This document shows positions 9,859 to 20,399 of a DNA stretch of 33,209 nucleotides, piece by piece. A model generated the notes under the pieces. It was given only the letters and a program-made list of their open reading frames with translations. It had not been told where the DNA came from and did no database searches. The position numbers and the translations under genes were made by a program. How positions within the stretch are numbered: the stretch's first letter is position 1; every line of letters starts with the position of its first letter. This stretch comes from Octopus bimaculoides (Eukaryota). The stretch lies in NCBI RefSeq assembly GCF_001194135.2, contig NC_069003.1:18282502-18315710 (forward strand), in the 5' to 3' direction.

Positions 9859-10843
9859 TGTAGAAGATGATGATGATAATATACATACATACATACATAC
9901 ATACATACATACATACATACATACATACANNNNNNNNNNNNNNNNNNNNNNNNNNNNNNNNNNNNNNNNNNNNNNNNNNNNNNNNNNNNNNNNNNNNNNN
10001 NNNNNNNNNNNNNNNNNNNNNNNNNNNNNNNNNNNNNNNNNNNNNNNNNNNNNNNNNNNNNNNNNNNNNNNNNNNNNNNNNNNNNNNNNNNNNNNNNNNN
10101 NNNNNNNNNNNNNNNNNNNNNNNNNNNNNNNNNNNNNNNNNNNNNNNNNNNNNNNNNNNNNNNNNNNNNNNNNNNNNNNNNNNNNNNNNNNNNNNNNNNN
10201 NNNNNNNNNNNNNNNNNNNNNNNNNNNNNNNNNNNNNNNNNNNNNNNNNNNNNNNNNNNNNNNNNNNNNNNNNNNNNNNNNNNNNNNNNNNNNNNNNNNN
10301 NNNNNNNNNNNNNNNNNNNNNNNNNNNNNNNNNNNNNNNNNNNNNNNNNNNNNNNNNNNNNNNNNNNNNNNNNNNNNNNNNNNNNNNNNNNNNNNNNNNN
10401 NNNNNNNNNNNNNNNNNNNNNNNNNNNNNNNNNNNNNNNNNNNNNNNNNNNNNNNNNNNNNNNNNNNNNNNNNNNNNNNNNNNNNNNNNNNNNNNNNNNN
10501 NNNNNNNNNNNNNNNNNNNNNNATATATATATATATAAAGTATGGGGCTTTAGTTCACAGGTGATCTAAATGACTAGGTATGCTAGGTAAGTGCTGTTAT
10601 TGAACGTTGATATGTTCACATCTTTTTTCTGGATGTTTACAATATCAGGACTTTAGCCCACATGGATTTACACAGGATTGCACCTAGGACTTGTGGACTT
10701 ATATCTACAACATCGGAAAGTTGAACTGTGAACTTTTATACTTTTATGCTTCTTTTTTCTTGTCTCTCTTCATCTCCTTATTCTTTTACTCCTGTCCTTT
10801 GTTGTCATTTCATTAATCTATACCCTTCTCATTTTCCCTATAT

Positions 10844-10899
10844 GTCTCTGATGATGGAATATCCTATTCTCTGGGATATCCCTGAAACAGTAGTAAGAC
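10844..10899 (+). ncRNA. Minimal type I hammerhead ribozyme motif with intact catalytic core
   Basis: GTCT-CTGATGA-TGGAATATCC TATTCTCTG GGATATCCCT-GAAA-C AGTA G-TA-AGAC. Stem I GTCT/AGAC; stem II 8/10 pairs; GUA cleavage triplet at 10893-10895. Confidence 0.8.
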
Positions 10900-11016
10900 T
10901 TTGAATTTTTTCCAATAATAATAATATATATGACTTGAAATGTTTGCCTTGTCTTAATGTTTATTGTCCTCTTTAACAATTATATATATATATGTATATA
11001 TATATATAAATATGGG

Positions 11017-11290
11017 GGAATGTACGAAAAAAAACAACAGATGAGGACAGGTGGTGTAAACAACAAAAGGATGTATTAGTTTGACACTCGGGAATACAGA
11101 AAGTCTTTAACGTTTCGAGCTACGCTCTTCAACAGAAAGAATACGGAGAAAACAAGGAGAAAAACACGGAGAAAAAAAATTGAATGGTCTTTGGTCAACA
11201 ATCTATCATGGCTTCTGCAGACAGGAAGTTTAGAAAGTTCACGCAGGAGAGCTAAGAAAAAGGGGAGATTATATATTCACACACACACAC

Positions 11291-11329
<39 letters not shown>

Positions 11330-11345
11330 CATATGTACACACATA

Positions 11346-11383
<38 letters not shown>

Positions 11384-11446
11384 NNNNNNNNNNNNNNNNN
11401 NNNNNNNNNNNNNNNNNNNNNNNNNNNNNNNNNNNNNNNNNNNNNN

Positions 11447-11485
<39 letters not shown>

Positions 11486-11585
11486 TAAAAGACTCTCTCA
11501 CTTACCAAGCGTTAAACTAATACATCTGTTTGTTGTTTACACACCCATCTTTGTCATTTGTTTTGTGTGTTTTTTTGTAAATTCC
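11017..11585. mobile_element. Non-autonomous element bounded by ~80-bp imperfect inverted repeats (Penelope pseudo-LTR-like)
   Basis: 11017-11094 and 11501-11585 are inverted homologs (GTGTAAACAACAAA..GATGTATTAGTTT.AC.CT.GG). The interior holds a hammerhead-like motif and (CA)n/(TA)n. Confidence 0.5.
11104..11140 (-). ncRNA. Atypical ultra-minimal hammerhead-like motif
   Basis: Minus strand: TCTTT-CTGTTGA-A-GAGC GTA GCTC-GAAA-CG-TT-AAAGA. Stem I TCTTT/AAAGA; loopless palindromic stem III ACGT; core variant A6U. Confidence 0.5.
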
Positions 11586-11589
11586 AACT

Positions 11590-12260
11590 ATCATCATCGT
11601 TTAACGTCCGCTTTCCATGCTGGCATAGGCTGGACGGTTTGACTGGGGACTTGTGAGCCAGATGGCTGCACCAGACTCCAATCTGATCTGGCAGGGTTTC
11701 TACAGCTGGATGCCCTTCCTAACGCCAACCACCATGAGAGCGTAGTGGGTGCTTTTACGTGCTACCGACAGGAGGGCCAGTAATGCGGTACTGGCAATGG
11801 CTACGCTCAAATGGTGTTTTTATGCGTCACCTGCACAGGAGCCAGTCCAGCGGCACTGGCAACGCCCTCGCTCGAATGTTGCTCTCCACGTACCACCGGC
11901 ACAAGTACTAGTAAGGCAACACTGGCAACGATCATGCTTGAATGGTGCTTTATACGTGCCACTAGCACGGGCGCCAGTCAGTGGCCCTGGCGATGATCAC
12001 ACTCAAATGGTGCTCTTAGCGCTCCACTAGCACAGATGCCAGTCATGCAGTGCTGTCAATGAATTTGATTTCGATTTCAATTTCCCTTCCCTCAACAGGT
12101 TTAGTGTCCAATGAAAGAAAGGTATGCCTAAGTGGGCTGGTTACACCACTAGCATAGGCCACAAGTTATGGTCTCACTTGGCTTGCCGGGTCTTCTCAAG
12201 CACAGCATATTTCCAAAGGTCTTGGTCACTAGTCATTGCCTCGGTGAGGCCTAATGTTTG
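11590..12260 (-). mobile_element. RTE LINE 3' end: ORF C-terminus, 3'UTR with ~62-bp tandem repeats, (GAT)n tail
   Basis: 12258->12174 reads TLGLTEAMTSDQDLWKYAVLEKTRQAK*. About 5 degenerate units at 11752-12050; GCGTTAGGAAGGGCATCCAGCTGTAGAAA box; ends GGACGTTAAACGATGATGAT. Confidence 0.85.
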
Positions 12261-12261
12261 A

Positions 12262-12465
12262 TGAGCCTAGAAGATGAGTACAGCTCAATGAGGATGTCCT
12301 GAAAACCCTGGTGAAATAAAATCCCATTGTAACTATTAAGGAACTAGTAGAGAAGCTTGGATTTGGTCATTCAACCAGTCATTCAAGTCAGTGTTAGAAG
12401 AAAAACGACCATCTCTGGTTTCAAGATGAAAGGTGTTCTTCCATCAGGAAAATGCTCAGCCACAT
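12262..12465 (+). pseudogene. Internally deleted mariner transposase fragment (second family)
   Basis: SLEDE..LNEDVLKTLVK*NPIVTIKELVEKLGFGHST joined to EEKRPSLVSR*KVFFHQENAQPH (HQDNARPH motif carrying the second catalytic D). Confidence 0.7.
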
Positions 12466-12565
12466 AAATTTGTTGGCAGGACACACCAGTCATATCAAGT
12501 TCATCAGTTGTTTGGTGACAGTCCTCCACAATCAATTCATGAATTTTCATCATGTTTTCATTCAT
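12466..12565 (-). pseudogene. Mariner transposase fragment, same family as 4671-5280
   Basis: MNENMMKIHELIVEDCHQTTDELDMTGVSCQQI; the DNA matches 5030-5135. Confidence 0.75.
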
Positions 12566-12956
12566 CTTTACTCTTTTACTTGTTTCAGTCATTTGACTGT
12601 GGCCATGCTGGAGCACTGCCTTTAGTCGGGCAAATCGCCCCCAGGACTTATTCTATGTTAGCCTAGTACTGATTCTATCAGTCTCTTTTGCCGAACTGCT
12701 AGCTTACAGGGACGTAAACACACCAGCATCAGTTGTCAAGTGATGTTGGGGGGACAAACACAGACACACAAAAATACACACACACACATATACGACAGGC
12801 TTCTTGCAGTTTCTGTCTACCAAATCCACTCACAAGGCTTTGGTTGGCCCGAGGCTATAGTAGAAGACACTTACCCAAGGTGCCACGCAGTAGGACTGAA
12901 CCCAGAACCATGTGGTTTGTAAGCAAGCTACTTACCACACAGCCACTCCTGCACCT
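12566..12956 (-). mobile_element. tRNA-derived SINE family B, full length
   Basis: Minus-strand head AGGTGCAGGAGTGGCTGTGTGG (A box) ... GGGTTCAGTCC (B box), internal (TG)n, tail AGTAAAAGAGTAAAG. Confidence 0.85.
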
Positions 12957-13365
12957 ATATATATATATATATATATATNNNNNNNNNNNNNNNNNNNNNN
13001 NNNNNNNNNNNNNNNNNNNNNNNNNNNNNNNNNNNNNNNNNNNNNNNNNNNNNNNNNNNNNNNNNNNNNNNNNNNNNNNNNNNNNNNNNNNNNNNNNNNN
13101 NNNNNNNNNNNNNNNNNNNNNNNNNNNNNNNNNNNNNNNNNNNNNNNNNNNNNNNNNNNNNNNNNNNNNNNNNNNNNNNNNNNNNNNNNNNNNNNNNNNN
13201 NNNNNNNNNNNNNNNNNNNNNNNNNNNNNNNNNNNNNNNNTATATATAATCTAATTTAATTAGGGTGTGAACTGTTGAATTCCTTGTGGGAGTGCTTACT
13301 GTGGGTCTGCTTGATTTACTGAATCTAATTTTCTATTTTATTTGTGTGTGTGTGTGTATTGGTTT

Positions 13366-13570
13366 CCAATTTTGGCACAAGGCCAGCAATTTCAGGGGAG
13401 GAGTTAAGTCAATTACATCGATCCCAGTACTTGACTGGTACTTATTTTATTAACCCCAAAAGGATGGAAGCCAAAGTCGACCTTGGCAGAATTTGAACTC
13501 AGAGTGTAAAGACGTATAAAATGCTGCTAGACATTTTGCCTGGCATGCTAATGATTCTGCCAGCTTGCCA
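13366..13570 (-). mobile_element. SINE family A
   Basis: Full head-to-tail homology with the other copies. Confidence 0.8.
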
Positions 13571-13824
13571 CCATGTATGTACATATACACTAATGGGACC
13601 ATTTTAACCTAAACATACACCTGGACAAACACACACACACACACACACACACATGTATGTGCAAATGCAAAACCACGCACATATACAGATGTGTGCAAAC
13701 CCAAACTTGCACACATATCTCCCATGGGCTGATGAGTGCACAACCTCAACTGTTCCCAATAATTTGAAGTCCTCATTTTCAGCTGAGAACTCTGTGAAGT
13801 TTAATTAGAAGTGTTGCCTTACCT

Positions 13825-14078
13825 ATCATCATCATCATCATCATCATCATCATCGTTTAACGTCCGCTTTCCATGCTAGCATGGGTTGGACAATTTGACT
13901 GAGGACTGGTGAAACAAGATGGCTACACCAGGCTCCAGTCTGATTTGGCAGAGTTTCTACAGCTGGATGCCCTTCCTAACGCCAACCACTCCGAGAGTGT
14001 AGTGGGTGCTTTTACGTGCCACCGGCATGAAGGCCAGTCAGGCGGTACTGGCAACGGCCACGCTCAAAATGGTGTATT
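13825..14078 (-). mobile_element. RTE LINE/SINE 3' terminus with long (GAT)n tail, running into a gap
   Basis: High similarity to 11590-11820. Confidence 0.8.
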
Positions 14079-14821
14079 NNNNNNNNNNNNNNNNNNNNNN
14101 NNNNNNNNNNNNNNNNNNNNNNNNNNNNNNNNNNNNNNNNNNNNNNNNNNNNNNNNNNNNNNNNNNNNNNNNNNNNNNNNNNNNNNNNNNNNNNNNNNNN
14201 NNNNNNNNNNNNNNNNNNNNNNNNNNNNNNNNNNNNNNNNNNNNNNNNNNNNNNNNNNNNNNNNNNNNNNNNNNNNNNNNNNNNNNNNNNNNNNNNNNNN
14301 NNNNNNNNNNNNNNNNNNNNNNNNNNNNNNNNNNNNNNNNNNNNNNNNNNNNNNNNNNNNNNNNNNNNNNNNNNNNNNNNNNNNNNNNNNNNNNNNNNNN
14401 NNNNNNNNNNNNNNNNNNNNNNNNNNNNNNNNNNNNNNNNNNNNNNNNNNNNNNNNNNNNNNNNNNNNNNNNNNNNNNNNNNNNNNNNNNNNNNNNNNNN
14501 NNNNNNNNNNNNNNNNNNNNNNNNNNNNNNNNNNNNNNNNNNNNNNNNNNNNNNNNNNNNNNNNNNNNNNNNNNNNNNNNNNNNNNNNNNNNNNNNNNNN
14601 NNNNNNNNNNNNNNNNNNNNNNNNNNNNNNNNNNNNNNNNNNNNNNNNNNNNNNNNNNNNNNNNNNNNNNNNNNNNNNNNNNNNNNNNNNNNNNNNNNNN
14701 NNNNNNNNNNNNNNNNNNNNNNNNNNNNNNNNNNNNNNNNNNNNNNNNNNNNNNNNNNNNNNNNNNNNNNNGGGGGGGGGGGAGGTGTCTCAAAACACAA
14801 GGACTTAGAATCATACAATAT

Positions 14822-15031
14822 TTAACCCTTTTGTTACCACATTTTTGATTTTGTTTTGATTAATTTTGAAAATAATGAAGTATTTTGTAAAACTAGTTTG
14901 TCCTTGGGTTTGGAACATAAATTGGCATGAAATTTTGATGGAAGGTTTTTATTTAGATCACATTAAAACAAGAAGTTTGTATCATAGAACCAGGGAGCAG
15001 TTTCAGGCAGGTTGATAATTGAAATGGTTAA
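14822..15031. mobile_element. piggyBac-like MITE (TTAA-flanked)
   Basis: TTAA|CCCTTTTGTTACC left end; degenerate right end GTTGATAATTGAAATGG|TTAA. Confidence 0.45.
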
Positions 15032-15670
15032 AATTTGTTTAAGCATATTTTGTAAGATTCTTTCATTTATGTCAAATTCTCTGTTATTTTTCTGTTAATA
15101 ATAGAATAATAAATACATACAAATATCACAATTCTTCCATTTTTGTGGAAAAAGATCCATTAGCATTGTTATTTATTCATTAATTTTCCCATTTTGTGAA
15201 TTACTTGTCATAAAGAAACAAATCAGTTTCCCAAAAGCAATTCAGTTTTCCCTTTTAAATAATTCAAAACAAAGTTTGTCTAAAATAGACGTTTTTGGGA
15301 ATACTTTCAAAGTATTTTGTGCTTTTTTTCCTCCATAAAATAACTTGTGAAAGAAAAATATAATAAAAATGGTCGTCTATTGCTTGAAAATTCCCACAGA
15401 CAGGAGAAGACATTTTTTTTGTTTTTGAGAAGATTATTTCCAATGTAGGCAATGTACTTGCAGAAAGGTTTACCTCTCCAGACCTACAGATTCTTTATAT
15501 TTTTTACTGTCAACATTCAAGTGTCTAAACTTCTATTATCCATTCTGCCATACATCTAAAGTATTGCTGCTGCTACTGTTGTTGTTGTCATTGTTGTTTA
15601 GCCACCATGTCAGCACTTATGAAGCAGACCACATTATCCTATTTCTACATGATTCTACTTTCTAAATTAA

Positions 15671-15893
15671 TTAACTCTTTAGCATTCAAGCTGGCCATAT
15701 CCAACCAAAATATTCTGCCTGTTTTATGTTCAGACTGGCCAGACCTGGTCTCTGCCATCTATCCTATAATTTCATTCTAAAAATAAACAATCATATCATC
15801 AAGATCTCAGATCTGTCATATAATGCATGATTAATTCAAAACAAGATGAATAGATAAGCATTACATTAGACAGAATAATTTGAATGTTAAAGT
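15671..15893. mobile_element. Second piggyBac-like MITE, degenerate
   Basis: TTAA|CTCTTTAGCATTCA left end and TGAATGTTAAAG right end form imperfect TIRs. Confidence 0.45.
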
Positions 15894-15947
15894 AAAGGAA
15901 CCTCAACATGAAGCTTTTGGAAACCATAAATGAAAAAAAAAAGAATT

Positions 15948-16161
15948 GTTTCAAACTTTGGCACAAGGCCAGCAATTTTAGCGGGAGTTGGTGTTAGTTG
16001 ATTACAGTGACCCCAGTACTTGACCTGTACTTTATTTTATTGACCTTGGTGGGCTGAAAGGCAAAGTTAACCTTGGTGGAATTTGAATTCAGAACATGAT
16101 GAGGAACAAGTGCTGCTAACTATTTTGCTCAACTAGCAAACAATTCTGTCACTTCATTGCC
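15948..16161 (-). mobile_element. SINE family A
   Basis: Head-to-tail homology with the other copies. Confidence 0.75.
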
Positions 16162-16855
16162 TGAGTGCAGGGAGAATATAAGAAAGGGGGGCACGACCAA
16201 GTTGTGAAAGGTTTACACTGGAAACTCTGTCAGAAATGAGGATTTGAAGCTGGAGGTACATGGTATGATCATCAGGTTGAAAGAGTACAACTGCAGACAT
16301 GACAAGGTAGCCCAAAACCTTCACTGGCTTACTATGCTGGAAGTATAGATATGAGGTAATGGGTGCTTGATACCAACATACACCAGAAAAGGTAATGGAC
16401 GAAAATTGGAAGGCAAAGATCCTCTGGGACTTCGACTTTCAGATAGACAAGGTGTTAGAGCACTGACGGCGAAATATATAGTAATCTTTAGGAGGGACAA
16501 ACCAGAGTGCCTAATAATCGATGTGAGAGTGCCAGGAGATCACCATATTATTATGAAAGAAAGAGTAAAGGTTAACAAATATGGAGACGTGACAGATGTG
16601 AAAGTCAAATGTAAAGTTTGTTCCTGTTGTCATCGGAGCATTGGGTTCAATACCACCCGACCTGAAGAAATATCTGGAAACTTTAAAAATACCCTACAAC
16701 CTAGGTGTATTGCAAAAATTGGCTTTACTTGGAACTGCACACATAGTGAGTAAAGTACTGTTTGTCTGAGGTCCTTGTGACTTGACGGACAGTACAAACA
16801 ATAACTTCAATCTACATCACAATATTGGATATTGTGCGATGTTGTCAATAATAAT
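16162..16855 (+). mobile_element. R4/Dong-like non-LTR retrotransposon 3' end (RHD motif plus restriction-like endonuclease), degenerate
   Basis: EYNCRHDKVAQNLHW..YQHTPEKVMDENWKAKILWDFDFQIDK..ECLIIDVRVPGD..KERVKVNKYGD..VPVVIGALGSIPPDLKKYL..LALLGTAHIVSKVL; short 3'UTR and (AAT)n tail. Confidence 0.85.
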
Positions 16856-16997
16856 CTTTTCTACTATAGGCACAAGACCTGAAATTTTGGGGGAGGGGTA
16901 AAGTCAATTACATTGACCCCAGTGCATAACTGGTACGTGTTTCATCGACCCCAAAAGGATGAAAGGCAAAGTTGACCTTGGGAGAATTTGAATTCAG
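16856..16997 (-). mobile_element. SINE family A, 5'-truncated
   Basis: Tail and central domain present. Confidence 0.75.
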
Positions 16998-17471
16998 GGG
17001 TGGAAATGGAGGTGGAAACCTTTCAGAGTTATTTACTTTGAGTTGTTATTATCTCATATCTGATTAGTCTGTTATTATGTAACATGCTTCACGATTTTAG
17101 TATACATACCTTATTAGTATTTCCTCCTATGTTCTATATATTCTGGGAACGAATCAAAGTCCTTTTCAGGGCTATTTTATTTGAATTCTTGTTATTGGGT
17201 AAATAATTTCATGTTATTACATGACTTCACAATTTGGGTATTCATAACTTATTGGGAATTCCTAAAAACAAAATCCTGTATAAGACAGTTCAGTATTCTC
17301 TGTAAATACACAAAAGGCATTTTAAGGGCTACATTCTTTGTATTGTTGTTATTGGATTAGTGAAACGATTATGAGAAGGGAACCAAGGGATAAGCCCCAC
17401 TTTCCTGGGAATTACTGGGTATGTCAGCTAGTATATATATATATATATATNNNNNNNNNNNNNTGTGTGCA

Positions 17472-18402
17472 TGTGTTAAAACTCATAATTTATGCACTTT
17501 TTCTCCCAAAACAAAAATCAACTTTAGGGGGTTCGTAAATTGCATGAGTAGATCATTTCTAGAATTTTTTTACAATTTTTTTTGTTGGAAAATGACGTAC
17601 AAATGTAAACATTTGTACCACAAGTTGACTCATTTAATGTCAGAATAGGTTTTTACAGAAAAAATATAATGAAGTTGACTTTTATTTATGCTGGGTGGTA
17701 TAATGCTTACTTTTTCTGTATAAATTTACTAAAACCATTAAATGGTTAACTACTTTTTGAAGTTTGAGGCCAATAAAAAGAATAAGTATGTAGTAAAAAA
17801 AAAAGAAAAAGAAAGAAAAGAAAAGAATAAGCAGAAAATCAGAGCTTGAGACAAGAAGACACTTTCGACCAATCAGAATTCTGTTCACATAATCAGTTTG
17901 ATCGGTTACCTTCCTGTGTCAGTTGAGTAAAGAGTCATTCAAGCTGATGTTTATTGGAAATTAAACTTATTTTGCAACACTTGTGCACATTTATCAGCTT
18001 TGTTTTTGTTGATAAGAATTATCAACAACTTTTCCTGTGATTTGAGAAGACATACAGTAGCATGCTAAAGATCGGATATAATCTCTTGTGGGCAAGAAAT
18101 GTAAAATAAAATTTATTATAAACAACACAAACACTTCATAATTTAATAGCTTTCAATGTGATACCTGTTAAACAGAAATTATTTTTATTCAATGAAAATT
18201 TAATAAAATCTAATCATAAGTAAGTGAAATTATGCTAAATATAATTAATTAAAAACCTTTCCCCACTGGCCATATCGGCAATTTTGAAAACTTTTGGATG
18301 CAAATTCTACACGAGTAGAAGCTTTTTTTTCAAACAATTTTTATCCTAAAAATCACCTGCATAAATTACACAGGTGCACAATTTATATGGGTTTTTACGG
18401 TA
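17472..18402. mobile_element. Non-autonomous Tc1/mariner-pogo-like DNA element (TA-flanked)
   Basis: Right end GTGCACAATTTATATGGGTTTTTACGG|TA; imperfect left match TGTTAAAACTCATAATTTATGCAC; repeated subterminal AAATT.CA.GAGTAG motifs. Confidence 0.4.
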
Positions 18403-18419
18403 TATATATATTTATATGA

Positions 18420-18580
18420 CTACTACAGATGAGGTCTTCACAGCTGCATAAAGTGATGGGAGAAGTGCATTACCATTGGTGCAGGCTATGTAGAGAAGGA
18501 CAAATAATCATGCCAAGTTTCGTTTATCCCAGTCCTTGGGAAGTGGGTCAAGGAAATCTTTAATGAACACCCTTGTGTGT
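18420..18580 (+). pseudogene. Mariner 3' terminal fragment
   Basis: IK*WEKCITIGAGYVEKDK* (RWxKCI..G.YVEK C-terminal motif) followed by a TIR-like end ending AATGAACACCCTTG. Confidence 0.6.
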
Positions 18581-19139
18581 ATGTGTGTGTGTGTGTATGT
18601 ATATATGTATAATATGCATACATAAACAAATATACACAAATATAACCTCCACCACCACTGAAAATAGTTGTATGTCTAGATATACATACATTTATACATA
18701 CATACATACATATTTGCATGCACTCACACATACATAAATATATACATAGACACATATATACATATACATATACATATACACACACATACGTGTGTGTGTG
18801 TGTGTGTGAGTATACTTGTGTGAAAGATGAGTATATGTGAGAATATGTATATGCATGTTGTGTATGTATGCTAACATGTAATTTAATAGGATTTACAAAA
18901 CAATATTTTCAGTTATTATTTTCTTGAAAACATAATAAATTTTATTGAATTACATTTTATGTTCAACAGGGAAAACTTAAATTTCTCAGCGTTAGACACA
19001 GGAATATTGAAGTTACAATACAATTTGTAATGTTGGCCTAATCATTACAGAGTGCTGTGGCATTCTGAATATATTAGTCCCAAGTTAGTTCTGGTTTTCT
19101 ATGCAAACTAATATACAATGTTGTGTACAACATTACACA

Positions 19140-19985
19140 AGTGTAAGTATGGCTGTGGAGTTAAGAAATGCTCTTTGCAACCATGTTGCTTTGAGTTCAG
19201 TTCCAGTGATGGCACTTTGAGCTTATGCCTCCTATTCTAGATTTGGGTCGATGAATGCCTTCTTCACTGTCATCATCACCACCACCACCATCATCATCAT
19301 CATTACCATTTAATGTTCATTTTCTATGCTGGCATGGGTTGGATGGTTTCTGCAGCTGTGCAGTTAAGAAGTCTTTTTTGAAATCTTGTGGCTTTGGGTT
19401 CAGTTCCAGTGCACAGCACTTTGAACTGCCACCCCCATTCTAGATTCGCAACAACCAATGTCTCCTCCTCCTTTATCATCATCATCACCACCGTCACCAT
19501 TTGATGTTCATTTTCCATGATGGTATGGGTTGGATGGTTTCTACAGCTGGATGACCTTCTTAATGCCAACCAATTTACAGGCTGCACTGAATGCATCAGC
19601 ATCAGCAAGGGCAACAAGTAACTTGCAAAATAAGAATCTTCAACTGTGTATTGAGGAATGTGGCCTTATGCCAGGTGATGGGAGATGATGGTGAGTGAAT
19701 TAGAAATGATGTGAGGAACCTCAAAATCTATCTACCTGCCTGCCTGTCTGTCTGTCTATCTATCTAACTAACAGCATCACTCATATGACAGTGATACTCA
19801 TTTACAACCATCACATCATGTCTAGACAAAAGTACATACAAACACACACACGTAGCATTAGGAGGGCATCCAAATGTAGAAACCATACCAAAGCAGACAT
19901 TGGAACACAATGAAGTCATTGAAAGCAGTAGATCCAGTAAAACTGTCCAACCAATGACTGCATAGAACTGGGACATTAAACGATG
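19140..19985. mobile_element. Cluster of degenerate SINE B heads and RTE-type tails
   Basis: SINE heads at about 19140-19240 and 19350-19430 (+); RTE tails at about 19260-19345 and 19485-19740 (-) and 19800-19985 (+). Confidence 0.5.
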
Positions 19986-20002
19986 GTGTAAATATATATA
20001 CC

Positions 20003-20280
20003 TCTTATCTTTTACTTGCTTCAGTCATTGCACTATGGCCATGCTGGGGCACTGCCATGAAAGTTATTAGGTTTTTCAATCAAAAAAATTGATCCTAGTA
20101 CTTATTTTCAAAGCCTAGTACTTATTCTATTGGTCTCTTATGCCAAACTGCTAAGTTATAGGGATGTAAACAAACCAATACCAGTTGTCAATACTTTGGT
20201 TGGCCCAGGGCTATTGTAGAAGACATGTGCCCAAGGTGCACTGCATGGTTGGGAAGCAAATTTCTTCACCACACAGCCAC
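20003..20280 (-). mobile_element. SINE family B, internally deleted
   Basis: Homologous to 12566-12956 with deletions. Confidence 0.65.
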
Positions 20281-20399
20281 AAGATGAAATATTGCCCTCT
20301 CATCTTCCTTCTCAGTGACACCCTCCTATTATCCCACCATCCACCCTTCTATCCATATTACGATGCAGTTAGAGGCAGTAGGCATTTGTCGATCTCCCT

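Noticed and set aside
13733-13790. CTGATGAG motif, a possible fifth hammerhead
   Set aside because: No stem II, GAAA or stem I partner follows.
5193-14848. Long ORF-track entries spanning N gaps (e.g. 7943-9062, 9867-10538, 13909-14848)
   Set aside because: They consist of X residues and microsatellite translations (IYIY, THTH, CVCV) and are not genes.
15121-15480. AT-rich region with short ORFs on both strands (e.g. 15264-15452)
   Set aside because: No recognisable domain, stops in all frames and no consistent splice sites.
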